A DNA stretch of 62,946 nt, filler included, from Anaerolineae bacterium (GTDB taxonomy: Bacteria; Chloroflexota; Anaerolineae; B4-G1; DUEL01), in the NCBI GenBank assembly GCA_041082215.1. It is 6 parts of 6 records of this genome, joined end to end, with 100 filler letters (N's around TTAATTAATTAA, not from the genome) between each part and the next. Parts side by side here need not be neighbours in the genome. Positions count along the whole stretch, not along the records: positions 1 to 21,404 come from JBDOIF010000128.1; positions 21,505 to 40,918 come from JBDOIF010000156.1; 4 more parts are not named here. One strand, given 5' to 3'. The position numbers and the translations under genes are program-made. Of the stretch, positions 20,474 through 29,759 are shown piece after piece. Below the pieces are notes generated by a model. That model searched no databases and was not told the origin of the DNA. It worked only from the letters and a program-made list of their open reading frames with translations. How positions within the stretch are numbered: the first letter of the stretch is position 1; the number at the start of each line of letters is the position of its first letter.

Positions 20474-20617
20474 TCCCCTATCTCCCCCACAAGCGCATTG
20501 TATCATGCTTGCAGGTTCTTACCAAGCCCGGCCCACCGCTTCAAAAGCCCGATCCCCCGGGCTACTTGTACATCTCCACCTTTCGGATACAATAGTTGAG
20601 CCAGGGAGGACAACGCA

Positions 20618-20806
20618 GTGAAAGTTACCTATCGGGACAGGGAATGGGAATTTGAGGGCCGGATGACCGTCCGTCAGGCGATCGAAAAGGCCGGGCTGAA
20701 CCCGGAGGCCGTCCTGGCGGTTCGGGAAGGCAGATTGCTGACGGAGGACACGATGCTGGAACCCAACGACGAGCTCAGGCTGATCTCCGTCATCTCGGGC
20801 GGATAG
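20618..20806 (+). CDS. ThiS/MoaD-family sulfur carrier
   Basis: 62 aa ending in ISGG; GGAGG RBS. Confidence 0.85.
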   Translation: MKVTYRDREWEFEGRMTVRQAIEKAGLNPEAVLAVREGRLLTEDTMLEPNDELRLISVISGG

Positions 20807-20827
20807 CCTCTCCTCTGGAGCACAAAG

Positions 20828-21404
20828 ATGAACTTCGATGTTTGGGCCGTACTGCTGGGCGCATTCCTTCTGGGTTCGCTCCCGACCGCCTACCTGGTGG
20901 CCCGCCTGGCGGCCGGCATAGATATCCGCACGGTGGGCGATGGGAACATGGGGGCCAAAAACACCTACCTGAGCGTCGGTCCGCTGGCCGGCGTGCTGGT
21001 AGGGGCTGTGGACATCGGAAAGGGAGCAGGGGCGATCGCCCTGACGCGGGCGCTGGGAGAACCGGAAGCTGTGGTGCGGGCTGCGGGACTGTGCGCGGTC
21101 CTCGGCCACGACTTCACCCCCTTCCTGCGCTTCCGGGGCGGACAGGGAATGGCGACGATCCTGGGGGTGTTCGGCATGCTATACCCCTGGGAGCTGGCCG
21201 GCGCGCTGATGGTCGTCGCACTGGCCCTGGCCCTCACCCGGAACTGGGACCTTTCGTGGGGCATCGGCTTCGGACTCTTTGCCCTTTCCCTCTGGTTCAC
21301 CGACCATACTGCAGGAGAAGCTTCCTATCCCCTTATCCTCCTGCCGACCATCGGCCTGAGCAAGCTTCTCCAGGTGTGGCGCGCCCGACGCGCGGCCAAA
21401 TATG
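20828..21404 (+). CDS. plsY: PlsY-family glycerol-3-phosphate acyltransferase (runs into gap)
   Basis: LLGSLP, DIRTVGDGNMGAKN, DIGKG, VLGHDF, FRGGQGMAT. Confidence 0.8.
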
Positions 21405-21504
21405 NNNNNNNNNNNNNNNNNNNNNNNNNNNNNNNNNNNNNNNNNNNNTTAATTAATTAANNNNNNNNNNNNNNNNNNNNNNNNNNNNNNNNNNNNNNNN
21501 NNNN
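21405..21504. other. Artificial contig linker
   Basis: N run + TTAATTAATTAA + N run. Confidence 0.98.
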
Positions 21505-21810
21505 ACCAGTGGCGCGGGCAGCCTCCAGCACGTTCTTCGTCCCGCCCACGTTGACGGCCCGCATGGTCTCCGGGTCGGCGCGGCGCTGCGGGATGAGCGC
21601 GGCCAGGTGGTGGACGACCTCCACCCCCTCGCAGGCCCGCCGCACCGCGTCGGCGTCCCGGATGTCCGCAACCACCCATTCCACATCCGGCTCCGCGTCA
21701 TCCGGGCGCTTGAGGTCCAGCGCACGCACCCCGTCCCCCCGCGCCCGCAGGCCGCGCACCAGATACCGGCCCAGAAAACCCGCGGCTCCGGTCACCAGAT
21801 GGAAGGCCAT
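21505..21810 (-). CDS. NAD-dependent epimerase/dehydratase (3' truncated)
   Basis: LVTGAAGFLG, HHLAA, VNVGGT. Confidence 0.8.
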
Positions 21811-21811
21811 T

Positions 21812-23020
21812 TCACCACCTCGCCTTCGTGTAGATCGGCTCCCGGCGCGGCTGGGCCGCCTGCGCGGCGATGTACCACTCGTACACCTGGTTGTAGAGGG
21901 CCAGTTTGTCCGGGTCCAGTTTGACCCCCAGGCCCGGCCCCGGCGGGACGCGGATGGCCCCATCCTCGTAGGGAAGCGGCCCGCCCTGAATGACGTCGTC
22001 CCCCAGGTAGTGGTAATGGACGTCCGGGGCGTGGTGAATGCTGGGCAACGACGCGGCCAGGTGGAGCACTGCCGCCAGGGAGACGCCGAATTCAGTGCCG
22101 GAGTGCATCCCCATATCCAGCCCGAAGGTCTCGCAGAGCTGGGCCAGGGCGCGGGTGGCCCGCAGTCCGCCGTACCAGTGGGGGTCCGCCAGCACCACAT
22201 CCACCGCGTCCAGCAGCGTCGCCGGAGCGACATCCTCGTAGCCAAAGCAGGCCATGTTGGAAGCCAGCGGCATCCAGGGGGCCAGCCGCTTGAGTTTTGC
22301 CATGCCGGAGAGTCCCCAAACCGGGTCCTCCAGATACTCCAGGCCGCAGTCGGCCAGTTCGCGGGCGATGCGGACCGCTGTCGTCAATGCCCAGGAACTG
22401 TTGGGGTCCAGCCGGATGGGAACGTCGGGGAAGCGGGCCCGGAGGTGGCGCACCGTCTCCGCCTCCAGGTGGGGCGGATAGACGCCGCCCTTGAATTTGA
22501 TGGCCCGGCAACCTTTCCCCTCCACCAGTTCGGCACACTTAGCCACAATCCGGGCGTCCGCCTCCTCCCATGGGAGCAGCTCCTCGCCGCCGGGCGGCGT
22601 CTCGTAGAAGATGTAGGCCGAGACCGGCACCCGGTCCCGCATCTGCCCGCCCAGCAGGTCGCAGACAGGCCGCCCCACCGCCTGCCCCTGGATGTCCAGA
22701 CAGGCGAACTCGATGGCAGCGTAGGCGTTGATCAGGTTGGGGCCGAACATACGGACGTAGAAGGGGTTGGAGACCTTCCAGCGCAGCCGCTCCAGGTTGA
22801 AGGGGTCCTCGCCCAGGATGAGCATCCGGCAGGAGCGGAGCACCTCTTCCATTTGACGGCCGCTGGGAGTGAGCGTCGTCTCGCCCAGCCCTACCAGTCC
22901 CTCGTCGGTGACGACCTGGATGATGACCCGCCCAAAACCGAGGTGGACGCCCCAGGCGTGGGCCAGCGGGACCCCCAGGGGGATGGCGACGGGGGTAACG
23001 ATCAGGTCGGTGATTTTCAT
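21812..23020 (-). CDS. Enolase-superfamily dehydratase (glucarate dehydratase-like)
   Basis: GLVGLGE, KFKGGV, RLDPNSSW, YLEDP, LASNM, LADPHWYGG, GMHS. Confidence 0.85.
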   Translation of the reverse strand: MKITDLIVTPVAIPLGVPLAHAWGVHLGFGRVIIQVVTDEGLVGLGETTLTPSGRQMEEVLRSCRMLILGEDPFNLERLRWKVSNPFYVRMFGPNLINAYAAIEFACLDIQGQAVGRPVCDLLGGQMRDRVPVSAYIFYETPPGGEELLPWEEADARIVAKCAELVEGKGCRAIKFKGGVYPPHLEAETVRHLRARFPDVPIRLDPNSSWALTTAVRIARELADCGLEYLEDPVWGLSGMAKLKRLAPWMPLASNMACFGYEDVAPATLLDAVDVVLADPHWYGGLRATRALAQLCETFGLDMGMHSGTEFGVSLAAVLHLAASLPSIHHAPDVHYHYLGDDVIQGGPLPYEDGAIRVPPGPGLGVKLDPDKLALYNQVYEWYIAAQAAQPRREPIYTKARW

Positions 23021-23032
23021 GCGCCCCTCCTT

Positions 23033-23135
23033 CCTCACCCTTCCCCCAGCGGCTTTGCCGCTACCCCCTTCTCTCTCCTGACTGAAGATCAGGAGAGGGG
23101 AGGGGGTGGCCCGAAGGGCCGGAGGTGGGGTGAGG
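23033..23135. repeat. Palindromic CCTCACCC...GGGTGAGG element
   Basis: Terminal inverted repeats plus internal hairpins; fills the intergenic space. Confidence 0.8.
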
Positions 23136-23138
23136 TCC

Positions 23139-23807
23139 TCAGAACCGTCCGTACTTCAGGAAGACGTTGAGCGGATGTTCGCCCGCGCGCAGTTCCTCCC
23201 AGATTTTCCGCTCCGTCTCCATGACCTTTTCGGCCTCCAGCAGCACCTCCACGGCCAGGTCCTGGGGGACGACGACAACGCCGTTGGCGTCGCCGACCAC
23301 CCAGTCGCCGGGGCGGATGTGGACGTCGCCGATGCGGATGGGGACGTTGATCTCCACGTAGCGCCAGCGGCCGCGGATGTCGGCGGGGGTCCTGTAGCGG
23401 GCAAAGACCGGGAAGCCCAGTTCCACGATGGCCTCCACATCCCGCACACCACCGTCTATGACCGCTCCGCCGCAGCCTTTGGCCTTCGTCGTCGTGCTGA
23501 TCATCTCCCCCCAGTGGGCGGTGCCGGGATCGTTGGAGGTGTCGTAGACCACCACCTGTCCCGGCTGGAGCGCCGCATACGCCTCCACTGCCACCTGGAG
23601 GTACTCGTCTTTGTGGATGACGGTCGGGGTGCCCTTGACGGTCAGCGACGGCCCTGCCACGCGCATCCCGGGCGCGATGGCCTGGATCTGGGGCGGGAGA
23701 ATCTGATGGAATAGCCCCTTTTGATCCAGGATGTCGGCGATGGCGGGGGTGCGCACCTGCCTGTAGCGGGCGATCATCTCTTCCAGGGGAATATCGGTTG
23801 CGGACAT
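23139..23807 (-). CDS. RraA/HMG aldolase family protein
   Basis: AHWGEM, GAVIDGGVRD, IRPGDWVVGDANGVVVVP. Confidence 0.88.
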   Translation of the reverse strand: MSATDIPLEEMIARYRQVRTPAIADILDQKGLFHQILPPQIQAIAPGMRVAGPSLTVKGTPTVIHKDEYLQVAVEAYAALQPGQVVVYDTSNDPGTAHWGEMISTTTKAKGCGGAVIDGGVRDVEAIVELGFPVFARYRTPADIRGRWRYVEINVPIRIGDVHIRPGDWVVGDANGVVVVPQDLAVEVLLEAEKVMETERKIWEELRAGEHPLNVFLKYGRF

Positions 23808-23839
23808 GTTGCACCTCCTCATATGTTGCGTACTGCGTA

Positions 23840-24604
23840 CTACGTGTTCCAGGGCTGGCCGGGTACCAGCAACTGGACGCCCAGGCCCTCGGCCCGGAGC
23901 GAATCGGCCCAGGCGGCCAGCGCGGCCTGCACCTGGTCGGCGTTATCCATTTCTATCCGCATTCCGGCGGCCCGGTCCAGCCACTTCCCGGCGCAGTGCA
24001 GGTGCAGGGGGATGGTCCAGCGGGGCCGGATGGCGCGGGCCAGGGCAGCCACATCAGGGAGCGACATCCCGTCGTCGCCGAAAAAGGGGTAATGGGCACA
24101 GGCGGCCTGGACGAGGGCCGCATCCAGGGCAAAGGAGGAGAGGGCATCCCGGAGCGCAGGGGTCCAGCGGGTATCGCCGCTGAAGTAGAGGTTCTGGCTC
24201 CCCACGACGACAAAACCCACCGCGTCGGGGGCGAGGGGGTGGTCGGCGGGGAGGGCGTGGACGGTGAGGGGGCCCAGGGTAGCCTTCTCGCCGGGCCGCA
24301 GCGCGACGGCCTCCCGGACTCCGGCCTGCCGCGCCCGCCGGGCGGCCTTCTCGGAGCCGATGACGGCGCACCCCAGCCGCCGGGCCAATGCCAGTGCCGG
24401 GTCATCCAGGTGATCTAGATGATTGTGGGAGACCAGCAGGGCATCCAGAGCGGTGATTTCGTTTGGGGAGAGAGCGGGGGGCAGAGCGCGGGGGGCCAGA
24501 CGGCGTTCCAGCCAGGAGTGCGGGCCGAACCAGGGGTCAGTGAGAAGAGCCACCCCATCCAGTTCTACCCGCACGGTCATGTGACCAATGAGGGTGAGGC
24601 GCAT
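23840..24604 (-). CDS. MBL-fold metallo-hydrolase
   Basis: LTDPWF, SHNHLDHLD, YFSGDT. Confidence 0.85.
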   Translation of the reverse strand: MRLTLIGHMTVRVELDGVALLTDPWFGPHSWLERRLAPRALPPALSPNEITALDALLVSHNHLDHLDDPALALARRLGCAVIGSEKAARRARQAGVREAVALRPGEKATLGPLTVHALPADHPLAPDAVGFVVVGSQNLYFSGDTRWTPALRDALSSFALDAALVQAACAHYPFFGDDGMSLPDVAALARAIRPRWTIPLHLHCAGKWLDRAAGMRIEMDNADQVQAALAAWADSLRAEGLGVQLLVPGQPWNT

Positions 24605-24666
24605 GCTGGCCTCCTTTCAGGAGCAGGGCAAATCCCATTTATTGGGAATTAATCTCACTAAGCAGG

Positions 24667-24694
24667 ATTATACCTCAAGCTTCTCTTCTGTCAA
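24667..24694 (-). promoter_or_regulatory. Sigma70 promoter for the MBL/RraA/enolase operon
   Basis: TTGACA-16 nt-TATAAT on the minus strand. Confidence 0.65.
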
Positions 24695-24919
24695 GTCGTA
24701 CTTTTGGCGGGGGAATGGCCGACCCACGAAACGGCCGCCGGGACGTAGCGCAGGCTTTAGCCTGCGTCGTGCAAGACGAATCCTGCGCTCCATTGCACAC
24801 AAACGGGCATCCTTCCACGCAAGTTTCCAAAGGGCCGATCTGCCAGCCCCTGTCCCAATTCGTGGTCTAACCTCAGGTACCTTTATGTACTGATCCCAAG
24901 ACTATTCCCAAATAGACTA

Positions 24920-24948
24920 TTGACAAATTGTACATACGGTGATATACT
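24920..24948 (+). promoter_or_regulatory. Sigma70 promoter for the PadR operon
   Basis: TTGACA-17 nt-TATACT followed by AAGGAGG. Confidence 0.75.
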
Positions 24949-24969
24949 TTTATTAAGGAGGATGGTTTG

Positions 24970-25353
24970 ATGTACCGAGGCGGTTGGCGATGGCATGGGT
25001 GCAGCCGTCGGGCGGTGCGCTTTATGGAACCGACGCTGCTCCTCCTCCTGCACTACGGCCCAGCCCACGGGTACACGCTTCTGGAACGGTTGGAGGAGTT
25101 CGGCCTGGGTGGGCTGAACCCCAGCGTCGTCTACAGGGCACTGCGGGATATGGAGGAGCGGGGATGGGTCACCTCCTTCTGGGACGAAGAACAGGCCCAG
25201 GGACCGCCCCGCCGGGTTTATCGCCTGACCGCCCTGGGGGACGAGGCGCTGAAGTTGTGGGCACAAGACCTGGAGGAGACACGGGGATTGATTGACCATC
25301 TGCTTGCGTCTTACCGCCATCATATGGAAGAGGGCGAAGATGAACACCATTGA
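24970..25353 (+). CDS. PadR-family transcriptional regulator
   Basis: PAHGYTLL, VYRALRDMEERGWV, GPPRRVYRLT..G. Confidence 0.9.
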   Translation: MYRGGWRWHGCSRRAVRFMEPTLLLLLHYGPAHGYTLLERLEEFGLGGLNPSVVYRALRDMEERGWVTSFWDEEQAQGPPRRVYRLTALGDEALKLWAQDLEETRGLIDHLLASYRHHMEEGEDEHH

Positions 25354-26086
25354 CCTGTTGCTGAAAAGCCTGCAGACCGATGCGCCGGTCCGCCAGGTAC
25401 TGGTGGGGGCCTTCTGGACAGCGGTAGTGCTGGATACCGATCCACCCCGCTGTGGCCTGGCTTCCACCCTGCGTGGAGAGGACCACGAAGCCGATCCGCC
25501 AGTGCCCGATGCAGGCCATCTCGCAGAGAAAAGCGCACAGGCGCTGGCTGAGCGGCTGCGCTCGGAGCACACGCTCGAGGCCAGCATCGGAATGGCAGCC
25601 TTCAACGCCTTATTGGACGTAGATGAATCAACCTGTGTAGAAATGAACGCCGAGGAGGTCATCATCGAGAGAGGAACAGGGCGACGGGTTGCTATCGTCG
25701 GCCACTTCCCGTTTGTGGACCGGGTGCGACGGGCAGCGTCGCAATGCTGGGTGGTGGAACTGCACCCACGTCAGGGCGATCTGCCCGCCGGACGGGCCTC
25801 CGAGGTACTGCCACAGGCAGATGTGGTCGCCCTGACCGGCACGTCGCTTATCAACCACACCTTCGATGACCTCATCCAGCTCTGCCGACCCGATGCCTAC
25901 GTTCTGCTCCTGGGCCCCAGCGCGCCGCTTGCCCCCATCCTCTTCGAGGCTCGCGTGGATGCGATCAGCGGCACACTGGTCACCGACCCCGACCGGGTGC
26001 TGACCGCCCTCTCTCAGGGTGCTACGTTTCGACAGATCAAACAAACCGGTGGCCTGCGCTTGCTGACAATGACGAATGACGCTTGA
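25340..26086 (+). CDS. DUF364 Rossmann-like protein
   Basis: ASIGMAAFNA, VGHFPF, DVVALTGTSLINHT, LGPSAP. Confidence 0.8.
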   Translation: MNTIDLLLKSLQTDAPVRQVLVGAFWTAVVLDTDPPRCGLASTLRGEDHEADPPVPDAGHLAEKSAQALAERLRSEHTLEASIGMAAFNALLDVDESTCVEMNAEEVIIERGTGRRVAIVGHFPFVDRVRRAASQCWVVELHPRQGDLPAGRASEVLPQADVVALTGTSLINHTFDDLIQLCRPDAYVLLLGPSAPLAPILFEARVDAISGTLVTDPDRVLTALSQGATFRQIKQTGGLRLLTMTNDA

Positions 26087-26117
26087 CGAATGACGCTTGA
26101 CGAGTGCCATTTGACGC
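26069..26117. repeat. Heptamer tandem array (TGACGAA/TGACGCT)
   Basis: Alternating 7-mers spanning the DUF364 stop codon. Confidence 0.75.
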
Positions 26118-26146
26118 CTCATACATCACGTTCGTAGGAGGAACTG

Positions 26147-27235
26147 GTGAACGAAGCACAGATTCTGGAGGCTCTACGAGGGGTGGAGGACCCCGAACTG
26201 CACAAGAGCATTGTGGACCTGGGAATGGTACACAAGATAAATATCGAAAATGGCACGGTCCGTTTCACGCTGGCGCTGACCACCCTGGCCTGCCCGCTGA
26301 GGGACCGCATTGTAGAGGACGCCCGGAGGGCGGTGCTGGCGCTGGACGGCGTCCGGGAGGTGCAGATCAGCCTGCGCGAGATGACGCCGGAGGAGAAGGA
26401 GCGCATCTGGCCCAAACAGCGCCAGCAGCAGCAACAGCCCGGGGTGGCGGCCCACCTGAACCATATAGACCGCGTTGTGGCGGTGATGAGCGGCAAGGGG
26501 GGCGTGGGCAAGTCGTCGGTGGCGGCGCTCCTGGCAACGGCGCTCCGCCGCCAGGGGAAACGGGTCGGTGTGCTGGATGCGGACATCACCGGTCCCAGCA
26601 TCCCCAGGATGTTCGGCCTCCACGAGCCGCCTCCGCTGGGGCCGGTGGGTATCCTGCCCGCCGAGACCGGAACGGGCGTCAAGGTCATGTCCATCAACCT
26701 GCTATTGCCGGATGAGGATGAGGCGGTGATCTGGCGTGGCCCCCTCATCAGCGGCGCTATCCAGCAGTTCTGGGGAGATGTGGTCTGGGGCGATCTGGAT
26801 GTGCTGGTGGTGGACCTGCCGCCGGGGACCTCCGACGCCTCGCTGACGGTGATGCAGTCCATCCCCCTCAACGGGGTGCTTCTGGTCACTTCGCCGCAGG
26901 ACCTGGCGGGGATGGTGGTGCGTAAGGCGGCAAGGATGGCCTATCACCTGAACGTCCCCATCGTCGGCCTGGTGGAGAATATGGCCTATGTCGTCTGCCC
27001 CCAATGCGGGGAGCGCATCGAGGTCTTCGGCCCCAGCCAGGCGGTGCGCACGGCGGCGATGCTGGGCGTGCCGCTGCTGGCCCGGCTGCCGATGGACCCC
27101 GAACTGGCCCGTCGCTGTGACAGCGGGGAGGTGGAGGGCTATGCCAGCGACTCCCTCGACTCTCTGGCCGAGGCAGTGCTCCAACGGCTACCAGTGACGA
27201 GAAGCATTCCCCTGTTCGTGGAACGCAAAACGTAA
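26147..27235 (+). CDS. Mrp/NBP35 Fe-S cluster carrier ATPase
   Basis: DPELHKSIVDLGMV, ACPL, SGKGGVGKS, DADITGPSIP, WRGP, DLPPGT, VENM..CPQC. Confidence 0.92.
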   Translation: MNEAQILEALRGVEDPELHKSIVDLGMVHKINIENGTVRFTLALTTLACPLRDRIVEDARRAVLALDGVREVQISLREMTPEEKERIWPKQRQQQQQPGVAAHLNHIDRVVAVMSGKGGVGKSSVAALLATALRRQGKRVGVLDADITGPSIPRMFGLHEPPPLGPVGILPAETGTGVKVMSINLLLPDEDEAVIWRGPLISGAIQQFWGDVVWGDLDVLVVDLPPGTSDASLTVMQSIPLNGVLLVTSPQDLAGMVVRKAARMAYHLNVPIVGLVENMAYVVCPQCGERIEVFGPSQAVRTAAMLGVPLLARLPMDPELARRCDSGEVEGYASDSLDSLAEAVLQRLPVTRSIPLFVERKT

Positions 27236-27250
27236 AACCTGGAGCGCAGG

Positions 27251-28132
27251 ATGACAGAACCCCCCCCTACCCTTCAGGAAAAAGGCCTCCTGGCAGCCTA
27301 TCAGCGGGACGAGATCACCGAGCATCACATCTACACCCGACTGGCACAGGCCATCCGTTCACCGGAGAACCGGGCCATCCTGGAGCGGATCGCCGCCGAC
27401 GAACTGCGCCACTCCCGCTACTGGCGCCGGCATACCGGGCGGGAGGTAAGGCCAAACTGGCCAAAGGTCTGGGCCTACACGCTGATCGGGCGGCTGCTGG
27501 GGATCACCTTTGCCGTCAAACTGATGGAGCGGGGAGAGAAGGGAGCACAGGACAACTATACTCAGATGACCGGGGTGGTCCCCGACATCGGGACCATCGC
27601 CCTGGAGGAGAAGGAACACGAGGAAGCCCTCATCGCCCTGCTGGACGAGGAGCGATTGCGCTACACGGGCTCCATCGTCCTGGGGTTAAACGACGCGCTG
27701 GTGGAACTGACCGGCGCGCTGGCCGGGCTAACCTTTGCCCTGCAGAACACCCGGCTGATCGCGATGACAGGCGCTGTCACCGGCATCGCTGCCGCGCTCT
27801 CTATGGCGGCGTCGGAATACCTTTCCACCCGGGCCGAGGAGACGGAGCGGGACCCCTTAAAGGCGGCGCTGTACACCGGCGCTGCCTACATCTTTGCCGT
27901 CCTGACCCTCATCTTCCCATATCTGTTGCTGAGCAACTACGTCATCTGCCTGGGAGCAACGCTGGTTGCAGGCCTTCTGATCATCGCTTTCTTCAACTTC
28001 TACATCTCCGTGGCCCGCGACGTACCCTTCCGGCGTCGCTTCCTTGAAATGGCAGCGCTGAGCCTGAGCGTGGCTGCGATCAGTTTCGGTATCGGCGTGC
28101 TGCTGCGTACTGTCTTCGGCGTGGAGATATGA
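27251..28132 (+). CDS. Rubrerythrin-VIT1/CCC1 iron transporter
   Basis: N-terminal ExxH motifs, LGLNDALVELTGALAG, SMAASEYLS. Confidence 0.88.
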   Translation: MTEPPPTLQEKGLLAAYQRDEITEHHIYTRLAQAIRSPENRAILERIAADELRHSRYWRRHTGREVRPNWPKVWAYTLIGRLLGITFAVKLMERGEKGAQDNYTQMTGVVPDIGTIALEEKEHEEALIALLDEERLRYTGSIVLGLNDALVELTGALAGLTFALQNTRLIAMTGAVTGIAAALSMAASEYLSTRAEETERDPLKAALYTGAAYIFAVLTLIFPYLLLSNYVICLGATLVAGLLIIAFFNFYISVARDVPFRRRFLEMAALSLSVAAISFGIGVLLRTVFGVEI

Positions 28133-28133
28133 A

Positions 28134-28198
28134 ACCGCAGAGAACGCGGAGAGCAAAGAGCTCTCTACTTCCCAAGGTTCCTCCGTGTTCTCTGTGGT
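28134..28198. repeat. Nonamer-based inverted repeat
   Basis: ACCGCAGAGAACGCGGAG pairs with CTCCGTGTTCTCTGTGGT (18 bp, two G-U). Confidence 0.8.
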
Positions 28199-28229
28199 GA
28201 AAATCCAGGGAGAAAGGAGGTGAGACGAG

Positions 28230-28607
28230 ATGCCAGCAGGTGATGGGACAGGCTCGATGGGCCAGGGACCGATGACCGGTCGGCGCGCGGGCTACTGCGC
28301 CGGTTACGGTGTGCCTGGCTACGCCAATCCTGCCGCCCCGCGGATGGGGATGGGGTGGCGATGTGGCCGGGGGCTGGGCTGGGGCCGAGGCGGCGGTTGG
28401 CGCTGGCGTCACTGGTACACCGCCACCGGCCTGCCCGGCTGGGCCCGCTGGGGCGCACCCCCGGCCTGGCCCGTGCCGCCAGCGGCTCCCTACGCCGCTC
28501 CGCCATCCCCTGAGCAGGAAGTCGAACTCCTACGGAACCAGGTGGAGTGGTTGAAGGAGCAACTGAAGGCCATAGAGAAGCGGATCGCAGAACTGCAAAA
28601 AGAATAG
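28230..28607 (+). CDS. DUF5320-family protein
   Basis: MPAGDGTGSMGQGPMTGRRAGYC, Gly/Arg-rich middle, C-terminal coiled coil. Confidence 0.85.
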   Translation: MPAGDGTGSMGQGPMTGRRAGYCAGYGVPGYANPAAPRMGMGWRCGRGLGWGRGGGWRWRHWYTATGLPGWARWGAPPAWPVPPAAPYAAPPSPEQEVELLRNQVEWLKEQLKAIEKRIAELQKE

Positions 28608-28717
28608 GGGCACAGTTCACACTGTGCCCCCGGGAGCCGGGGCGGGCGACCAAATGAAGCAGGGCCACCGTCCGCCCCGATACTCACCATTATATCCTTA
28701 CCGAAGGGAGAAAGCAA

Positions 28718-29113
28718 ATGTACATCGTCGTCTCCTCCAACGGCGCCGATCTGGATGCCCAGGCCAGTCCGGTCTTTGGGCGGTGTCCATACTTCATCTT
28801 CTGTGGAGACCGAGACTTCAGCTTTCGAAGCCGTGGGAAACCCGGCCCTGGCCTCCGGAGGCAGGGCGGGAGTACAGGCGGCCCAGTACATCATCGAAAA
28901 AGGTGCCCAGGCCGTCGTATGCCCACGGCTGGCGGGGCCACCGCCCCGGAGCACGCCGGAATGGGCCGGGGGATGGCCCACCGCGCGGCTGTTGCCGACC
29001 CCTCCCGCGAGGAGGAGATCGCCCGGTTGAAACAGGCTGCGGCGGACCTCCGCCAGCGACTGGCAGAGATAGTGGAGCGGCTGGAGCAACTGGAGAAAGG
29101 AACAGAAAAATGA
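28718..29113 (+). pseudogene. NifB/NifX-family gene with +1 frameshift and apparent internal deletion
   Basis: FGRCPYFIF continues as VETET...AGVQAAQ...GAQAVV only in the shifted frame (extra T near 28802); the tail returns to the original frame. Confidence 0.7.
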
Positions 29114-29493
29114 GGATCGCGATTTCGGCAGATAACGACTGGGGACTGGAAAGTGTTGTCAGCCCTCACTTCGGGCGCTGCCCTTACTTTGTGCTGGCGG
29201 ATCTGGAAGGTCAGGAGGTCAAGGGGGTTCAGACCATTGCCAATCCCTTCTACGGCAACCATCAGCCCGGCCAGGTGCCGGCCTTCATCCACCAGCAGGG
29301 GGCAAACGTGATGCTCACCGGCGGCATGGGCGCCCGGGCTGTCGCTTTCTTTCAGCAATACGGCATTGAGCCGGTCACCGGCGCCTGCGGCACCGTGCGC
29401 ACCGCCCTGGAGCAGTACCTGCGCGGAGAACTCCGGGGAGCCGCGCCGTGCGCCGAAAGCGTCCGGCATGGCCACGTAGAACTCCCTATTTGA
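29110..29493 (+). CDS. NifB/NifX-family cofactor-binding protein
   Basis: SPHFGRCPYF, NPF, GANVMLTGGMGARA. Confidence 0.88.
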   Translation: MRIAISADNDWGLESVVSPHFGRCPYFVLADLEGQEVKGVQTIANPFYGNHQPGQVPAFIHQQGANVMLTGGMGARAVAFFQQYGIEPVTGACGTVRTALEQYLRGELRGAAPCAESVRHGHVELPI

Positions 29494-29501
29494 GGTAAGC
29501 G

Positions 29502-29759
29502 ATGGGTACAATCTCGGCGCAGGTGAGCCTCTACCCGCTGCGTCAGCCCTCCATCGGGCCGATCATCCGGGAAGCAGTGCGGACCTTCCGGGAGCGGGGC
29601 CTGAGTGTCCGCGTCGGCGCGATGAGCACGCTGATGTGGGGGGAGGAGCAGGACGTGTTCGCTGCTCTGCAGGAGGCGTTCCATCGGGCCGCAGAGGAGG
29701 GGGACACGGTGATGGTGGTCACCCTCTCTAACGCCTGCCCCACGCCTGAGGAGCCATAG
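29502..29759 (+). CDS. YkoF/MTH1187-like thiamine-binding protein
   Basis: AQVSLYPL, VGAMSTLMWGE. Confidence 0.75.
   Translation: MGTISAQVSLYPLRQPSIGPIIREAVRTFRERGLSVRVGAMSTLMWGEEQDVFAALQEAFHRAAEEGDTVMVVTLSNACPTPEEP

Noticed and set aside
21405..21504. TTAATTAATTAA palindrome in N runs (five copies) as a biological repeat
   Set aside because: Identical 100-nt spacer with stops in all frames; a contig-concatenation artefact.
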